A stretch of DNA of 64,000 bases from the NCBI GenBank assembly GCA_028023455.1, contig JAQFVV010000009.1, positions 9,858,001-9,922,000 on the forward strand, in the 5' to 3' direction. The notes under the pieces were generated by a model. The model made no database searches, was not told where the DNA came from, and was given only the letters and a program-made list of their open reading frames with translations. Origin of the DNA: Epiperipatus broadwayi. Lineage: Eukaryota; Animalia; Onychophora. The translations under genes and the position numbers were made by a program. This document shows, one piece after another, positions 26,471-40,078 of this stretch (position 1 is the stretch's first letter; each line of letters starts with the position of its first letter).

Positions 26471-26530
26471 CAAGCTGTCTAAAATAGTGTGCAGTTGGAT
26501 GCATTTTCAATGCTATGGATACACAAGTGT
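26471..26530 (-). CDS. Candidate host exon (60 bp)
   Basis: Acceptor ATATTTGGCAG and donor TTG|GTATTT. The phase 1-1 frame is open: TCVSIALKMHPTAHYFRQL. Confidence 0.25.
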
Positions 26531-29500
26531 CTGCCAAATATATGTGAATAACTTTCTTCATATTTTTATCATCACATATACTAACACATATGTTGCTTAA
26601 TCTGTGTAATAACATACTATGAGCAAATAGTTTACAACAATCTGCTCAATAAAAGAATACTAATATAATTATAATTTATCGTTATGCTAACCTATAGAGA
26701 ATTGTGGAAGGACGATCTCTTTTACACAAATATTAGGGTATAATAAAATAAATTTCAAATGCAATAATAAATAAGCAGTTCATGAGAAATATTTATCTCA
26801 AAAGGAGCATCATGATCTATCAATGGCATTCACAAAAAACAGTAATCTGTTTGTATCTTGTGAAAACCTCATTTTCATTAGAGAAAGCATATTATTGAGA
26901 AACAACACTTGGAAGTATCAACACCATGCCCATTATATTCCTGCAGTCTTACATGGATAAACAAATTTATTTTTATAAAATTCACTCATATTAAATAATT
27001 TAAGCACTCTAAATCAAACAACAACAATAAATGAAAGTACAATACCAAATTTGATTAGTATTTAAATAATTTACCTTCTTATAAAAGAATCTGCTCATCT
27101 ATTTAAAATCTTATGTGTAAATAATATTTATTTTTATAAAGCGCAAACAGTACGCTAGAGGATTGCAGTCTCTCAATTTAATTTCAATCTTATGTGTAAT
27201 ATTTTGTAAATTCATACACGTTTCTTAGTTCAAGAATAATATTCTCCTAAAGCAGTTATAAAATAGACATCACTCATGGGTCTAAATCCAATTTATTATA
27301 TTCTCAAACAATGTCTTGATCTATCAGATGTTTATACATTTACACACATCCATAAATCACATAAAGATATTTAACAAATTATATGTATGTATTTAATTAT
27401 AATAACTTTTACAAATTGACAAATTAAAATCTTATCACAATATTGAATATTTTTTCAAATAAACAAATATATCACTCATCACCATCATAACAAAAGGAAT
27501 TACAAAAAAATAATATTTTTTTCTAATCAGAATATTATCAAACATTGTAATTCTACATCAATTTCTCCTATAATTTTCAGCTTGGATGTGTCATGTCCAT
27601 ATGCAAACATACCAGATGTTTGGAAAATAATAAATAGCAGATATTTAATAATTTATAATAGAAAATGCATTTGTTTTTAATTTTCAATAAAACAATTCTA
27701 TGATATTTAAAACTTTGCATAAATATGTGGTTTAATTTAGTTAAAGGATCTGTATCACACATATATAACTATATATCTACATTCTTGCTATGCATTCATC
27801 ATCTCAAATGGAAGCAAATCAAGCTATATGATGTAGTATTTAATACGACTTTTAAGAAAAAAATGATGTTTGGACATGACATATCTGCACAATAAAATAA
27901 AATGATGAATTATATCTTAAATAATAATAATCATAAAAATTAACAGCCAAAATTTTATCTTGTCTATATTTATTTATTCTCCACACCAACATTCATTCCA
28001 TGTTTGAATGAATACCACAATATACCTATTAAATTCATTTTAAATACATATTAATTTATTCAAGGTAAAATAAAATTGTGATTTAAACACATCTTAAGCC
28101 AAAATAACTCCTTGTAAATCTACTGAATTATTCAACATGCACTTAATATGCACTATGATCATATCTAACTGATATTCACATATTGCAAACATAATTAAAA
28201 ATATTTTGAAGATATGTTAATAATATTCTATCACTTATTAAAAAAAATATAAATCCTCAAAAGTAATAAAGGATTCAAATAAAAATAAACAAACATTCTT
28301 AACACAAGTATAAATAATCATCAAATATAGCAACCATTTCACAAACAGACTGTACATGTAAAGTAGTATGATATATTGAAGCAGTCATATATATCATATA
28401 TATATGGGCTTCATGTATATATTTGCTATTAAGTTGAAAATATTAAAAAATTTTAATGTATAAATTAAATTCTAATTTTATAATTATGTAGGAAAAAGTT
28501 GACAAAATATATAATTATTGTAGAATCAGATAAAATCAAAGTTGGAATTTAATTAAAAAATGCAATTAATAAAATTTCAAAATTAAATTGCATTAAGCTT
28601 CTAATCAATAGATAATAAAGAAAAGATTTTACTTGAAGTTTAATTAATTAATTTAGAAAACAGCCGGCCTTTGTTTTGAGCTATATATATATATATATAG
28701 AAGCAAAGAATGAGGGGATTAGTTAGTTACTACTGTAAATTTCAGAAAGAATACACTTCTGAAAGACTTTTACTTGTAAAGTTTTTTAATTGTTAAATTA
28801 CATCATGCTATGAGTGAGTAGATTATCACAATTTCTCTTACCCAGCTCTGGTGCAGCTAAGTACGGAGTTCCCGATAAAGCCCTTGCCCACATTTAACAA
28901 TCATGTTGCTGACATACTATGCCATTGCCATCAATACAAACCCCCCATGTATAATATCATGGAGTGACCGGCCAATACATCCTTCAAAGATCTGGTGAAA
29001 TACTAATTTAATGTAATTATAAATTTTAACAGATAAAAGCTTCTCTAATATTCTCTTTCTTTGCTTTAAATAATTATATATTAATCATTCCATATGTTTA
29101 TTTAGATATCTTACTCATTATTTAAATAGTTTCTTAACGCACGCTTAATTAATTGTACATATTAAGGAAGATTGACGTTTGTAATACTCTATCTTTTTTA
29201 AATTTGCTAGATTTATTGTTTAAGAATCAGTTAGAGGTAAATTTAGTAAATATTTCAGTGATTCAAATAATTGCCATTATCTAAAGAAAAGTCCAGCTAT
29301 CCATTTATTTCTTAGAGACTTGGATATGAACTCACGGAGGCGAGCATATTCCAGTCTACCTCATCATTGGATTTATTTATTACTTTAGCAACTCAGTACT
29401 GTCTTCCTTATCCCTTGTATATATTAGATCTTGATATTTCAGCTTTTATTGGTCATGATCATGAGAGTTATGCATTTATCCATTTTAATCATATTTTTCT

Positions 29501-32293
29501 AGAGCTAATTGAACTTACTTTAACTTATAATTATTATCATGTACTTGCTTGAAGGATATCTGCCCCAAAGATCAAAGGTGTTCATCACTTGAAGTCCCTT
29601 ATTATATGCCTGTTATATATTCAAACTTTTATATATGGAATCATCAATTAATGTAATTTCCACTCTCTTATAAGTCTAGCAACCTAATTAAGCTGAAGTC
29701 ATTTCTTTTGTTTATTTGTTTATAATTTTAATACAGTACTAATAAAGTGTTTGTATCTTTTATATGTATTGTGGGTGTCTTGTTTTGCCACAGGAAAGTC
29801 ATATAGTTAATAAACTGGTTTTCAGAGTCTCTACCTCTCCCTGGTCACTGAGCCTAAAAAAAAAAGTGAAGTAGTATGTAGGTTGGAATGGGTTGTGGTG
29901 GTTTAAGTCACCCTGGTGGTGATTTTGCGACTATCAGCTCATCCTGACCATTACACTATCTTGTATCAATAATTAGATATAATGTTAAAAACAAACAATT
30001 CGTTTTTCTTATGGCTTGTTCACATGATGCACTCTGAGGATTTTTCAAAAGAATAGCATGTTTAATAATTGCATGCCCATATATTAATATTTTTAAAAGC
30101 AGTTTATGTTCTTCATTTTCTATCAACTTTAAGTTTTTTTTAAAGAGAATATCAATCCAGTTTCTTCCTTTTTTTCTTAGCAGGAAAATATTACATTTTT
30201 ATAAACTATTCCTTTAAACAAATATTCTTAAAATAAAATTTCAATGATTAAATAGACTAAACTACTAAAATTATTTATTTTTATTATGTTACTATTATTA
30301 TTATTTTTATGCAGGAATCATTTATTACTTGCATACTTTGTTATTTATATATAATACAGTCATATACTATCATATATAAATATATACATATGATACAGAG
30401 CATAAAGAAAAGGAAAAAAGATTGTCTTTGTTAAGATCTACTTATCTATGAGATTACATAATTTCCAAACATTATTTTAATAAGTATATATATTAAACTT
30501 CTGCTTCATTGAAGATTTCTACTATATAATGTCATTTTTTTCAAATACAGTATTATAGTGTTTAGAAGTAATTACTTTTCCCCTCTTAATTAAATTGAAA
30601 TATTAATTTTCCAGTTATATTAAAGTTATGAACTTCTTATCTTGACTTGGAAAAAAAAAAATCTGCTTTCTTAAATTTTAATTAATTTTTATCCTTTTTT
30701 TTTTTTTTTCCTGTTGATGCAAGCTCTCCCTTAACTCTAAATAAAATTTCATCTAGTTTGATATATCTTATTTCAAATTTTATGTTTTTCTGCAAAAAAA
30801 AAAATTACTGAATAAATTGCAAATTGATACTACAGCATATTTAAAAGATAATTAATAATAAAAAAAACAACTATATTGACTGATTAATAAGTTTTATTCA
30901 TTGAATCAGGTTTCTCTTTACACTTTATAAAAACGATTATATTCTTGGTGAATTTTTGAATAATGTAATAAAGCAGCAACTATGTATTCTTTGTTTAATT
31001 TTTGATGCACGCACATTAATTGTTCTAACAACTCAAGTATGATTTATAACTATAGTTCAAAAATCCCATATATAAAAAACTTAAGTCTTTAAATAAGCTC
31101 ATAGAACCCACATCTCTCCAATAGCCTCTTATAGAAAAACAGTGAAAAAAAATCTTATTCTCAGGTTTGACAAATATTGGGAGTGATTAATGTTTTTCCA
31201 TCCTTGTTTTATTTTCTAGCTAAGACAATTTAAATACATATTTACTAGCTGTTTCATCCTATAAAAATTCAAAATAAGATTATGGGCATTGTAGATGGAT
31301 ACTCTACTTCTACAATGTAAGACCTTTATGCCAACATATGGAAAAAAAAAATTTACAAGTAATTCTTTACAAAAAAAAGAGAATGATTTAAATTTAATCT
31401 GATATTTTATTATCAACTGTGCTAAATATGAATATTAAATTATTTATTTGAATCCAGCATTCATTTCAGGTGTGCTTATATCTGTAGAAAGCAAATTATT
31501 TATTAAACAATTTCCCTGCTTAAAAAAAAAAAAAAGGTGAATAATTTGAATTACAAGGCTGCAAAATTGTGCCAAAATGCAATACAATGAAATAATGGTT
31601 GGCATAAATTACATGTGAATGGTTCTAAATAACTTTCACCCTTCTATAATAATCTGGATACATCATTTTTAAATGATTGTGAGATTTGATAATAAAAAAT
31701 TTATTTTTCACATTACAAGATCTAAATTTTAACTACTAATAATTTTTGCCTTTCAAATAATTAATCTATAGTGGTTATGCTATAGTAAGCAAATTTCAAT
31801 GGTAGAGAATAAAATAGCCCACTTAAGCTATAAAAACTATATTAAACTCAAAAGTATATAACACAATGCATGAGATTATGGCTTTAGTGACTATCACTAG
31901 CATAAAGTATTTTAATAACAAAATGATATATTTAAAAATTCTAATCTCTCTTTTTTTAAATAGTGCTGTTAAAAATAACAATATATTTATTAACTGAAAG
32001 GAGACCCTTTGATTCCTCTTGGAGGCCTTAAAGGAACCGAGCAGGGCAAATTCCTAATGTCCACTCCATACGTTCTTGTTGTTGCAGCTGTTATTACTAT
32101 GTGATTATTCATATAGTATACGAACATGGATGGGCTGCTCACCAACACGCATTAGCCAGCGTGGTGAGTTTATTGGCTTCTTATCTCTGAGTTTAAGATC
32201 AAGAAACACCATGGTCTTCCTTCTCAGTGTCTGATAAGGCAGAATGAATGTTTGTGTAAATGATAAATATTTTTCCAATACATATATACAATT

Positions 32294-33586
32294 ATGACAG
32301 ACAAAAATAAAGCATGGCCCTTATTCCCAGGAGGCTGTAAAGTCACCAACCAAGGCAGCGGTTGGTGGCCGAAGGCGAAGGGTGCTAAGAATCCCCTGAT
32401 TGCGGACCCAGGCTGCCATTTGATGACGACTTTTTATTTAGGTACTTACAACTGCAGATCACTTTCAAGTGAAGGAAGATTGCAAGAATTAGAAGAAGAA
32501 CTGTCTTATATTAAATGGGACATTATTGGACTTTGTGAAGTTAGAAGAAAAGGAGAAGAAACAATTGATTTAAAAAGTGGACATATACTCTATTATAAAG
32601 GCACACATATTGGAAATACAAGTGGAGTAGGATTCATTATAAATAAAAAGTGGAAGAACAATATTGTGGAGATTGATGGTGTATCGGACAGAGTGGCAAG
32701 ATTAGTTATACAACTTAATAGCAGATACCAAATGCAGATAATTCAGGTTTATGCCCCAACAAGTTCTCATAGTGATGAAGTAGTAGAAGATTTTTATATG
32801 GATGTACAAAAGGCTTTTGATCAGAGTAAACAACATTTTAAAATTGTTATGGGAGACTTTAATGCTAGAATTGGTAGACAAATGAAAGATGAAATTGCTG
32901 TAGGTAATTTTGGTTATGGTAATAGAAATGAGAGAGGACATAGACTTGTGGAGTTTGCAGAAAAAGAAAAACTTTATATTATGAATTCATTTTTTGAGAA
33001 AAATGTTAAAAGGAAATGGACATGGAAGCATCCAAATGAAGGTACAGCAAAATTGGATTATATTTTGACTAACAGAAAATACATATTTCAAGATTGTAAT
33101 GTTCTTAATAAATTTAACACAGGAAGTGATCATCGATTAGTAAGGTGTAAGTTACGTGTTAATGTAAAACTAGAGAGACAAAAATTATTAAGAAAAACAA
33201 TATTTACAGTTGATATTCCTAATCTTCAGAAACATTCTAATGAATTTAAATTAGAACTTACAAATAGGTTTCAAGTGTTAGGAGATTTTGAACATGATTC
33301 AGATTTGAATGAAATTAATATGAAAATAACTGATACACTTTTAAAAACTGCAACAAACATAGCTGGTAGAAAAAAGCAGCAATTGACTAATAAAATTTCT
33401 ACTGAGACTAGAGAATTTATGAAGAAAAGAAGGAATATGAAGATATACAAAAATGATGTATTAAAAAGAATTGAATATCTCGAATTTGGTAAAATGGTAC
33501 GGAAAAGAGTTGAAAATGATATAAGAAAGTATAACTGTGAAATAGCAAGGAAAGCTGTAGAAGAAAATAAGTCTCAAAAATGTTAA
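32294..33586 (+). pseudogene. RTE polyprotein N-terminal part: apurinic-type endonuclease
   Basis: Motifs LGTYNCRSL, DIIGLCEVRR, GVGFII, IIQVYAPTS, VMGDFNA, LDYIL and SDHRLV. Terminates at a frameshift near 33575. Confidence 0.95.
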
Positions 33587-35249
33587 ACAACATTTTGGTA
33601 TTGGTAGGAAATTTATATCTGCAATAAGAAAAAAAGATGGAATTATTACTAAAAAGAGAGATGACATCATGAAATTGGTAGAAGATTTTTATCAAGAATT
33701 ATATACTAATAAAGAATAAGTACTTCCTATATCTATTACATCTTCCGAATTGCCCAGAATTTTAAATGAAGAAGTGAGACATGCAATTAAGTGTATGAAG
33801 AAAGGAAAGGCTCCAGGAAATGATGGAATTACAATTGATATATTAAAAGAAGCAAGTGAAGAAATAGAAACAATTTTAGCAAAGTTATATACCAAATGTC
33901 TAAATGATAAAGATGTACCGGAAGATTGGAAGAATGCAGTAATAATATTAATATTTAAAAAAGGTGATAAAGAAGATATTAGAAATTACAGACCTATCAG
34001 CCTTTTATCAGTTTTATATAAAAGTTTTACCAAGATAATTACGACTCGTCTACAAAGAACTTTGGATTTCCACCAACCAAGAGAACAAGCTGGATTTAAA
34101 AGTGGTTTTAGTACAATAGATCATATCCAGGTATTGAGAGAAGTCATAGAAAGGACAAACGAATATGAGTTGTCATTATGTTTTGGATTTGTAGATTATG
34201 AAAAGGCATTCGATTCTATACACATTTTTTCAGTGATTAAAGCCTTGGATCATCAAGGTATAGATCCAGGATATTGTCATATTTTAAAGAATATTTATAA
34301 AAATGCAACAGCAACAATTAGATTACATAATGATACTGGAAAAATCAACATTGAGAAAGGTGTAAGACAAGGTGACAACATATCGCCAAAACTCTTTACA
34401 GCAGTGCTGCAAGAAGTATTTTGTGGATTAAAATGGGAAACTAAAGGAGTGAAAGTAAATGGAGAGTATTTAAGTCATTTAGATTTCGCAGATGATGTAG
34501 TTGTTTTTGCAAATAATGCTTCAGAGCTGCAGGAAATGTTGCAGGAGTTAGCAGATGAAAGTAGAAAAGTAGGACTAAAGATAAATGTTAAAAAGACTAA
34601 AGTAATGTTTAATCAATTTGCTCAAAATATAAAAATAAAGATTGATTATGAAGAATTAGAAGAAGTTAACAGTTACAAATACCTTGGTCAGATTATTAAT
34701 ACAGATGGAAACATAATGGAGGAAATTAATCATAGAATTAAACTTGGTTGGAGTGCTTTTGGTAGAAATAACCTGATACTAAAAGGAAATATGCCTATGT
34801 GTTTGAAAAGGATGGTTTTTAACAAATGTGTTTTACCAGTTCTTACTTATGGATCTGAGACTTGGACACTTAATAGAAGAGCAATACAGAGACTTCAGAC
34901 CACTCAAAGGAGTATGGAGAGATGTATGTTGGGAGTAACAAGAAGAGATCGAAAACGCAATGTATGGGTAAGAGAACAAACAGGTGTTACTGACCTTATT
35001 GAAAAAATTAAAAGATTGAAATGGAGTTGGGCTGGACATATTGCTAGAAGTGATGATAATAGATGGACAATTGAAATTTTAAACTGGATTCCAAGAGATT
35101 GTAAAAGACCCAGAAAGAGACCACATGTGAGGTGGATGGATGAAATAAGAAAATGTGCAGGGGTGTTGTGGAGAAGAGAAGCTAAAGATCGGAGAAGATG
35201 GATTAAACTTGGAGAGACCTTCATCCTGCAGTGGATTGATAATGGTTGA
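33576..35249 (+). pseudogene. RTE polyprotein C-terminal part: reverse transcriptase
   Basis: The frame continues from 33576 (KNVKQHFGIG...) with one internal TAA at 33717-33719. It then contains KAPGNDG, YRPISLL, QAGFKSG, DYEKAFD, GVRQGDNISPKLF, FADD, YKYLG, YGSETW and WAGHIAR. Confidence 0.95.
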
Positions 35250-38200
35250 TGATGATGATGATTATTATTTTTATTTATGGAAAATGAAAAAATATTAAAC
35301 AGAAATGTTTTATATAATGATTTAGAAAAAAATTAAGATACTTTTCAAAGTTCCTGACAGCCTTTATCAGAATTTCACATAGTTAAAATCTTAAGTTTTT
35401 TCTGCAATAAAACGGTTTTCTTTATCTAATGATCAGTAGTAAGCAATATTAACTTATGAATGTATTCTGACATGACAACATAAATCCTTGCATTGTATAA
35501 CAATTAACTGTAATCAGGCCTATTGTATACTATCTAATTTCTATGCTGAAATTAGTATTTAAATTCATACAAAATGTCTCAAATTTTTCAATGACAATAA
35601 AAAAATGTTAATTAGCCGTGTCAAGTAAATTGAAAAATGTATTATTACATGAAGCATTAAATATAATTTTGGTTAGTCAGCTACAATGAGATTTTATATT
35701 TATTTGCAAATGGGTTATATATGTAATAGAAAACCTTGACACACAATGAATGTCTTAAATTAAATAATTGCACTAATGAAAAATGATGATAGACAAATCA
35801 TGTTCAAGAATGCCCTTCCCCCTCAATCCTATCAAATCAGACTCCCTCATCTCCAAATTCATATGTGAATTGACAATAGAAAAAAGTAACACATATCATT
35901 TCTAGCTTATATCCAATCTGTATTTGACAGCAATAATTCCCTTCATATCTTTATACAATACTAAAATATTTATGTAAACATGAGTACTAGTGTAAATTCT
36001 AGATTAATTTCAAGTTAGTGGCCTTCCTTGATAGTAAAGAACACTACTTCACACTACAGACTAATTTTCATGGCTAAATAGTCATGTGTGCTTAGGTTTA
36101 GTAATGTATGTTTAAAAATTTCAAGCTGCAAGATCCTGAAAAAAGAACATTTTAAAACTTAGTTTTTTATCTCCTGGTTACTCATGATTATAGTTTGATT
36201 TAGGAATGCTGTTAATTGGATTATTACTGTTAACCATTTGCATGAATCATATGTTTGCATTACTGATACTGCAATCAAATTAATGTGCTCTTCATGTTTC
36301 TGTTATATTTTATACTTGAATTGAAAGCCTTCACATGATGTTAATGAGTTTTAATTGTCTAATAGTTGGTTACTTTATCTTTAAATTATTGTGCCTAGAT
36401 GCCAGCAATAACATTAGGAAAGATATAGGAGAAAATTCACTTCTATGCTTACAGTACATAAATTGATTTTTGAGTTATTTTATATCACTTATGCATTTTT
36501 AATAAATATATGGTATTTACTTATAATTTTTAAAAATATATTTGACATTTAGAATTAAATTAGCATTGCTGAAACTTATACAACATCAGATATGAGCTGT
36601 TTAGTATTGATAACATTATTATTATTTTCTTTATTTATAAAATTGATTTTTCTTAGTTTAATAATGCTTTCACTATTTGTGCATATATTTTTATATTAAA
36701 AAAAAAAGAAGATATAATAAGAATAAGATGGATTTTTTTTAATTAAATACATTTTATAGACTGAAGTTGGATATAAAATCCTCTATACTGATATATTATT
36801 TATAAAACTGATTTTTTTTATTTCTAATATTATTTTCATTATTTGGATATATATTTTTAATAAAAATTTTCTAAAACAAAGATTTGATTACAGTATTTTT
36901 TTTTTTTTCTGTTAAAATATAACTAATGACTACTTAATGAAAAATTATTGAGTAAGAAAGACCCCTGATATGTTCTAAAACAAATCATTTAAAGAATTAA
37001 CAACCATGGTACACAAATTACTGAAATAAATATAACCACAGAAAAACAAAATTAAAACTATATCAAGAAAGTATTTTGGAGGAAATTTTAAAACCAAGAG
37101 ATTCTTAAAAAAAAAAAAAAAAGATATGTTGATCTAAATTTGATTTACCCATCCCCAAATTTTGACAATATTAAAAACTAAAACACAAAGTGACTAATTT
37201 ATATGCAAATGCATTTAACAAAAATAATCCACTTCACATCTTCCTATTCCTAAGTTAATTCAGTAAGCATGATCAATTAATGGATAACAGATGGTAATAT
37301 TAAATAAATCTCCATACTAATTTCTATTAGTTTCTTTAGTAAGGAACATTATTTCACACTATAGCCTAATTTTTATAATAGGATGCATTCTTAGGTTTAA
37401 AACCTTAGGATGTTTAAAAATTTCAAGCCATAAACTTGATAACAAAAGATAAGTAAAAAGTGGCTATTATATGTATGTGGTGCAAAACACCATCCTTACT
37501 AAGAAAGACTATTATTCCAAAATTTATTTGATATCTCATAATTACTAATGATTACTTAAATAGATTAATCCAGAAGTGCTGTAAAATGGGTTATTATTAT
37601 TAAGAACATGTTATACAAAATTATATTATATGGAATAAATTTAATGCTAGAAAAGCAAAATCTGAAATCATATCAAGATGAACATTTGGGAAAAATTCTA
37701 AAACTATGACATTTCTAAAAAATTAGAATCAGACCACCTAAATTTGATTTTAATAAATTCCCCATTATTTTCTTGAAGTAATAGCAAACTAATAAAACAA
37801 ACAAAATATTAACTCTTGACTGTTAACATTAGTGAGTGTGTAAATAAATGCACTTAGTTTTAAGACTAGATTTATTCTTAAAAAATAGACATTTATTTTT
37901 ATAGTTTAAATCAGATAAGATTAGAATGGCTTAAAAAAAAAGAAGGAGAATAGTTTTTTTTAAAAAAGGATAATGAATTAAAAATAGGTGACTATTTTCT
38001 GGAGAACCGCCAGCTTGGCAGACAAATGTTTCCATGGTGACTGGAAGTGACTTAATCAGAGCTTATCATATTTCATAAGTTTGCTCTATTTACAGTTCAG
38101 ATGTCTTATCTTCACTAGGGAAGAAAGATTATAAAAAATTTTATTAATTAAAGATTTAAATATTGCCTTAAAATATACAATACAATTTAATTCATCTTAT

Positions 38201-40078
38201 CTTAATAATGAAAAATATTTGTCAAGATTCTATTTAAGAATATAATTTTCTATTTAAAAGCATATAATTTTTAATTCTACAAACCTAGATAAAGTAAATT
38301 TATAAATTTCAAAATCAATCATAAAAAAGGAAAAACAAATGATGTAAAAATGTCAATAAATATGAAATTAAAATTATGATGAATAAAGAAGTAGCATAGC
38401 AAGGTCAAAATTATATATGCACACAAAATTAATAGTACTGGATTAATTTAAAAAAGTTTAAGAGCTTGGAAAATAAAAGAGAGCTATAATGGTTTTCTAA
38501 GCCAGGCAGGCTTTAGTTGGGTGTGAAGAAGCATTAAAGGTCATAACAATTTGCAAGAAAAAAATTACTGCCGGGGGTGGGGGTGGCACCTTTTATTACA
38601 ATCAAAATGTAATATATATTGCTTGGAACATAATACTATTTACTTAAAAGATTATAATGAATCGGCAATTGTACTTATATAATACTAATAAAAAATTCCA
38701 TGATACAAATATTATACATAAATATAACTACAATTGCACATACAAATAATTTAAAGATAACATGTAAATACAACCTTTTTAAATGATATGTAAACACAAA
38801 AAATGATTGTTTCTTAAAAAATATTTAATGCACCTATTAAAGCCATGAAACTACAAATAAAAATAAAATACTGAGAAATACTTTATTTCTCCCAATAATT
38901 TATTTTAAGAGTGATATAATTCAACTTCAATTCTTAGATTTTGCAAAATTTCTACAATTATCCTGATTTTATTGATAATATATTTTGTTTATTATCACTT
39001 GCCGCATGAATCCAAAGGCATCATAATAGACTGATAGATAAAAACAAAAAATCTAAGTAAATATTAGAATTGTTAACATTTACTTAAAAATCAGATAGTG
39101 TTGTGATACAAAACACCTTCTCAGTCAGTCAGTATTAAAAAAAAAAAAACAAGGTATGAAATGCATCATGAACTAACAAAAAAAATAATACAGTCAATGC
39201 AGTAAAAAAGACCTCTTCAATAACTATGTATATAAGAATAGTGAAGAAGAAAGCAATGTCAGACTAGGTGCTGGCTAGCTTAGAGAGTTTTAGCTAAGAA
39301 TATCTAGATATTTTTTTGCCAACCAATAAATTAATAGAATATTTGCAAGTATAAGCCAGTTATCTTAAAAAAAAAAAACAATCTTAGTCTTACTTGAAAT
39401 CTGAAAAAATAAATAATCAAATGGTTTTAGTGTTTGGAGAATTTAAGAAGTTTGAGAGCTAAAAGTATGAGAACTGAAATTGATCCAAAGATCTTACACA
39501 CTAGAATCTGGCACTCTATCACTGTACTAAATCATGGCAGCCAAGTATATTAACCACAATATTAGTGCATGAATTATTATGATAACAGACAATTTTATTA
39601 TATTTAAATAATCTAGACATTTATATGAAAAAGGTAGTCCATATATTTTTTTTAAAATTTAGCTTTTACATGATGATAATGTTATATATCAAAAGCATGC
39701 TAAGCATGAATAAAAAAACCTAAATTTTAAAAAAATATGCAGACTATCTTTTCTGTAGAAATATCCAGAACATTTATGTTAATATTACAATTATTCAGAA
39801 ACGAGAAAAAAAAATCTTTGGTATATTTTGTATACAAAATACATAAATAAAAAAGTTCATTACCACTTGTTATAGAAAATATTCCAGAGAATTTATCACA
39901 ATGAATATTACAGTATATGCACTTTATTAAAAACATCAATCTTGTAAAATACCACAAAAGAACTATCACATTAGAACATTGATAAAAATTATAAAAGAAG
40001 TTGAAAAAAGCAATTTTTTTTTTTGAAAAGTAAAATTCTAAATAAAGATTATATGTCTAAAATCACAGATATTCCAAA

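Larger units (their letters stand above)
32000..35262 (+). mobile_element. Near full-length RTE-clade LINE (5' boundary approximate)
   Basis: A GC-richer 5' region starts near 32000, followed by APE and RT coding sequence. A (GAT)5 tail at 35248-35262 overlaps the stop codon. A short tandem-repeat tail is typical of RTE. No clear TSD found. Confidence 0.95.

Noticed and set aside
31995-32070. Canonical HDV-like ribozyme at the RTE 5' end (GGAGACC...TTCCTCTT...GGCCTT)
   Set aside because: P1 has mismatches, L3/P3 do not fit and there is no convincing P4 or J4/2. Kept only as a search suggestion.
32702-35224. Minus-strand ORFs overlapping the RTE (32702, 33417, 33461, 33692, 34833, 34904)
   Set aside because: These are antisense shadows of the LINE coding sequence with no independent motifs.
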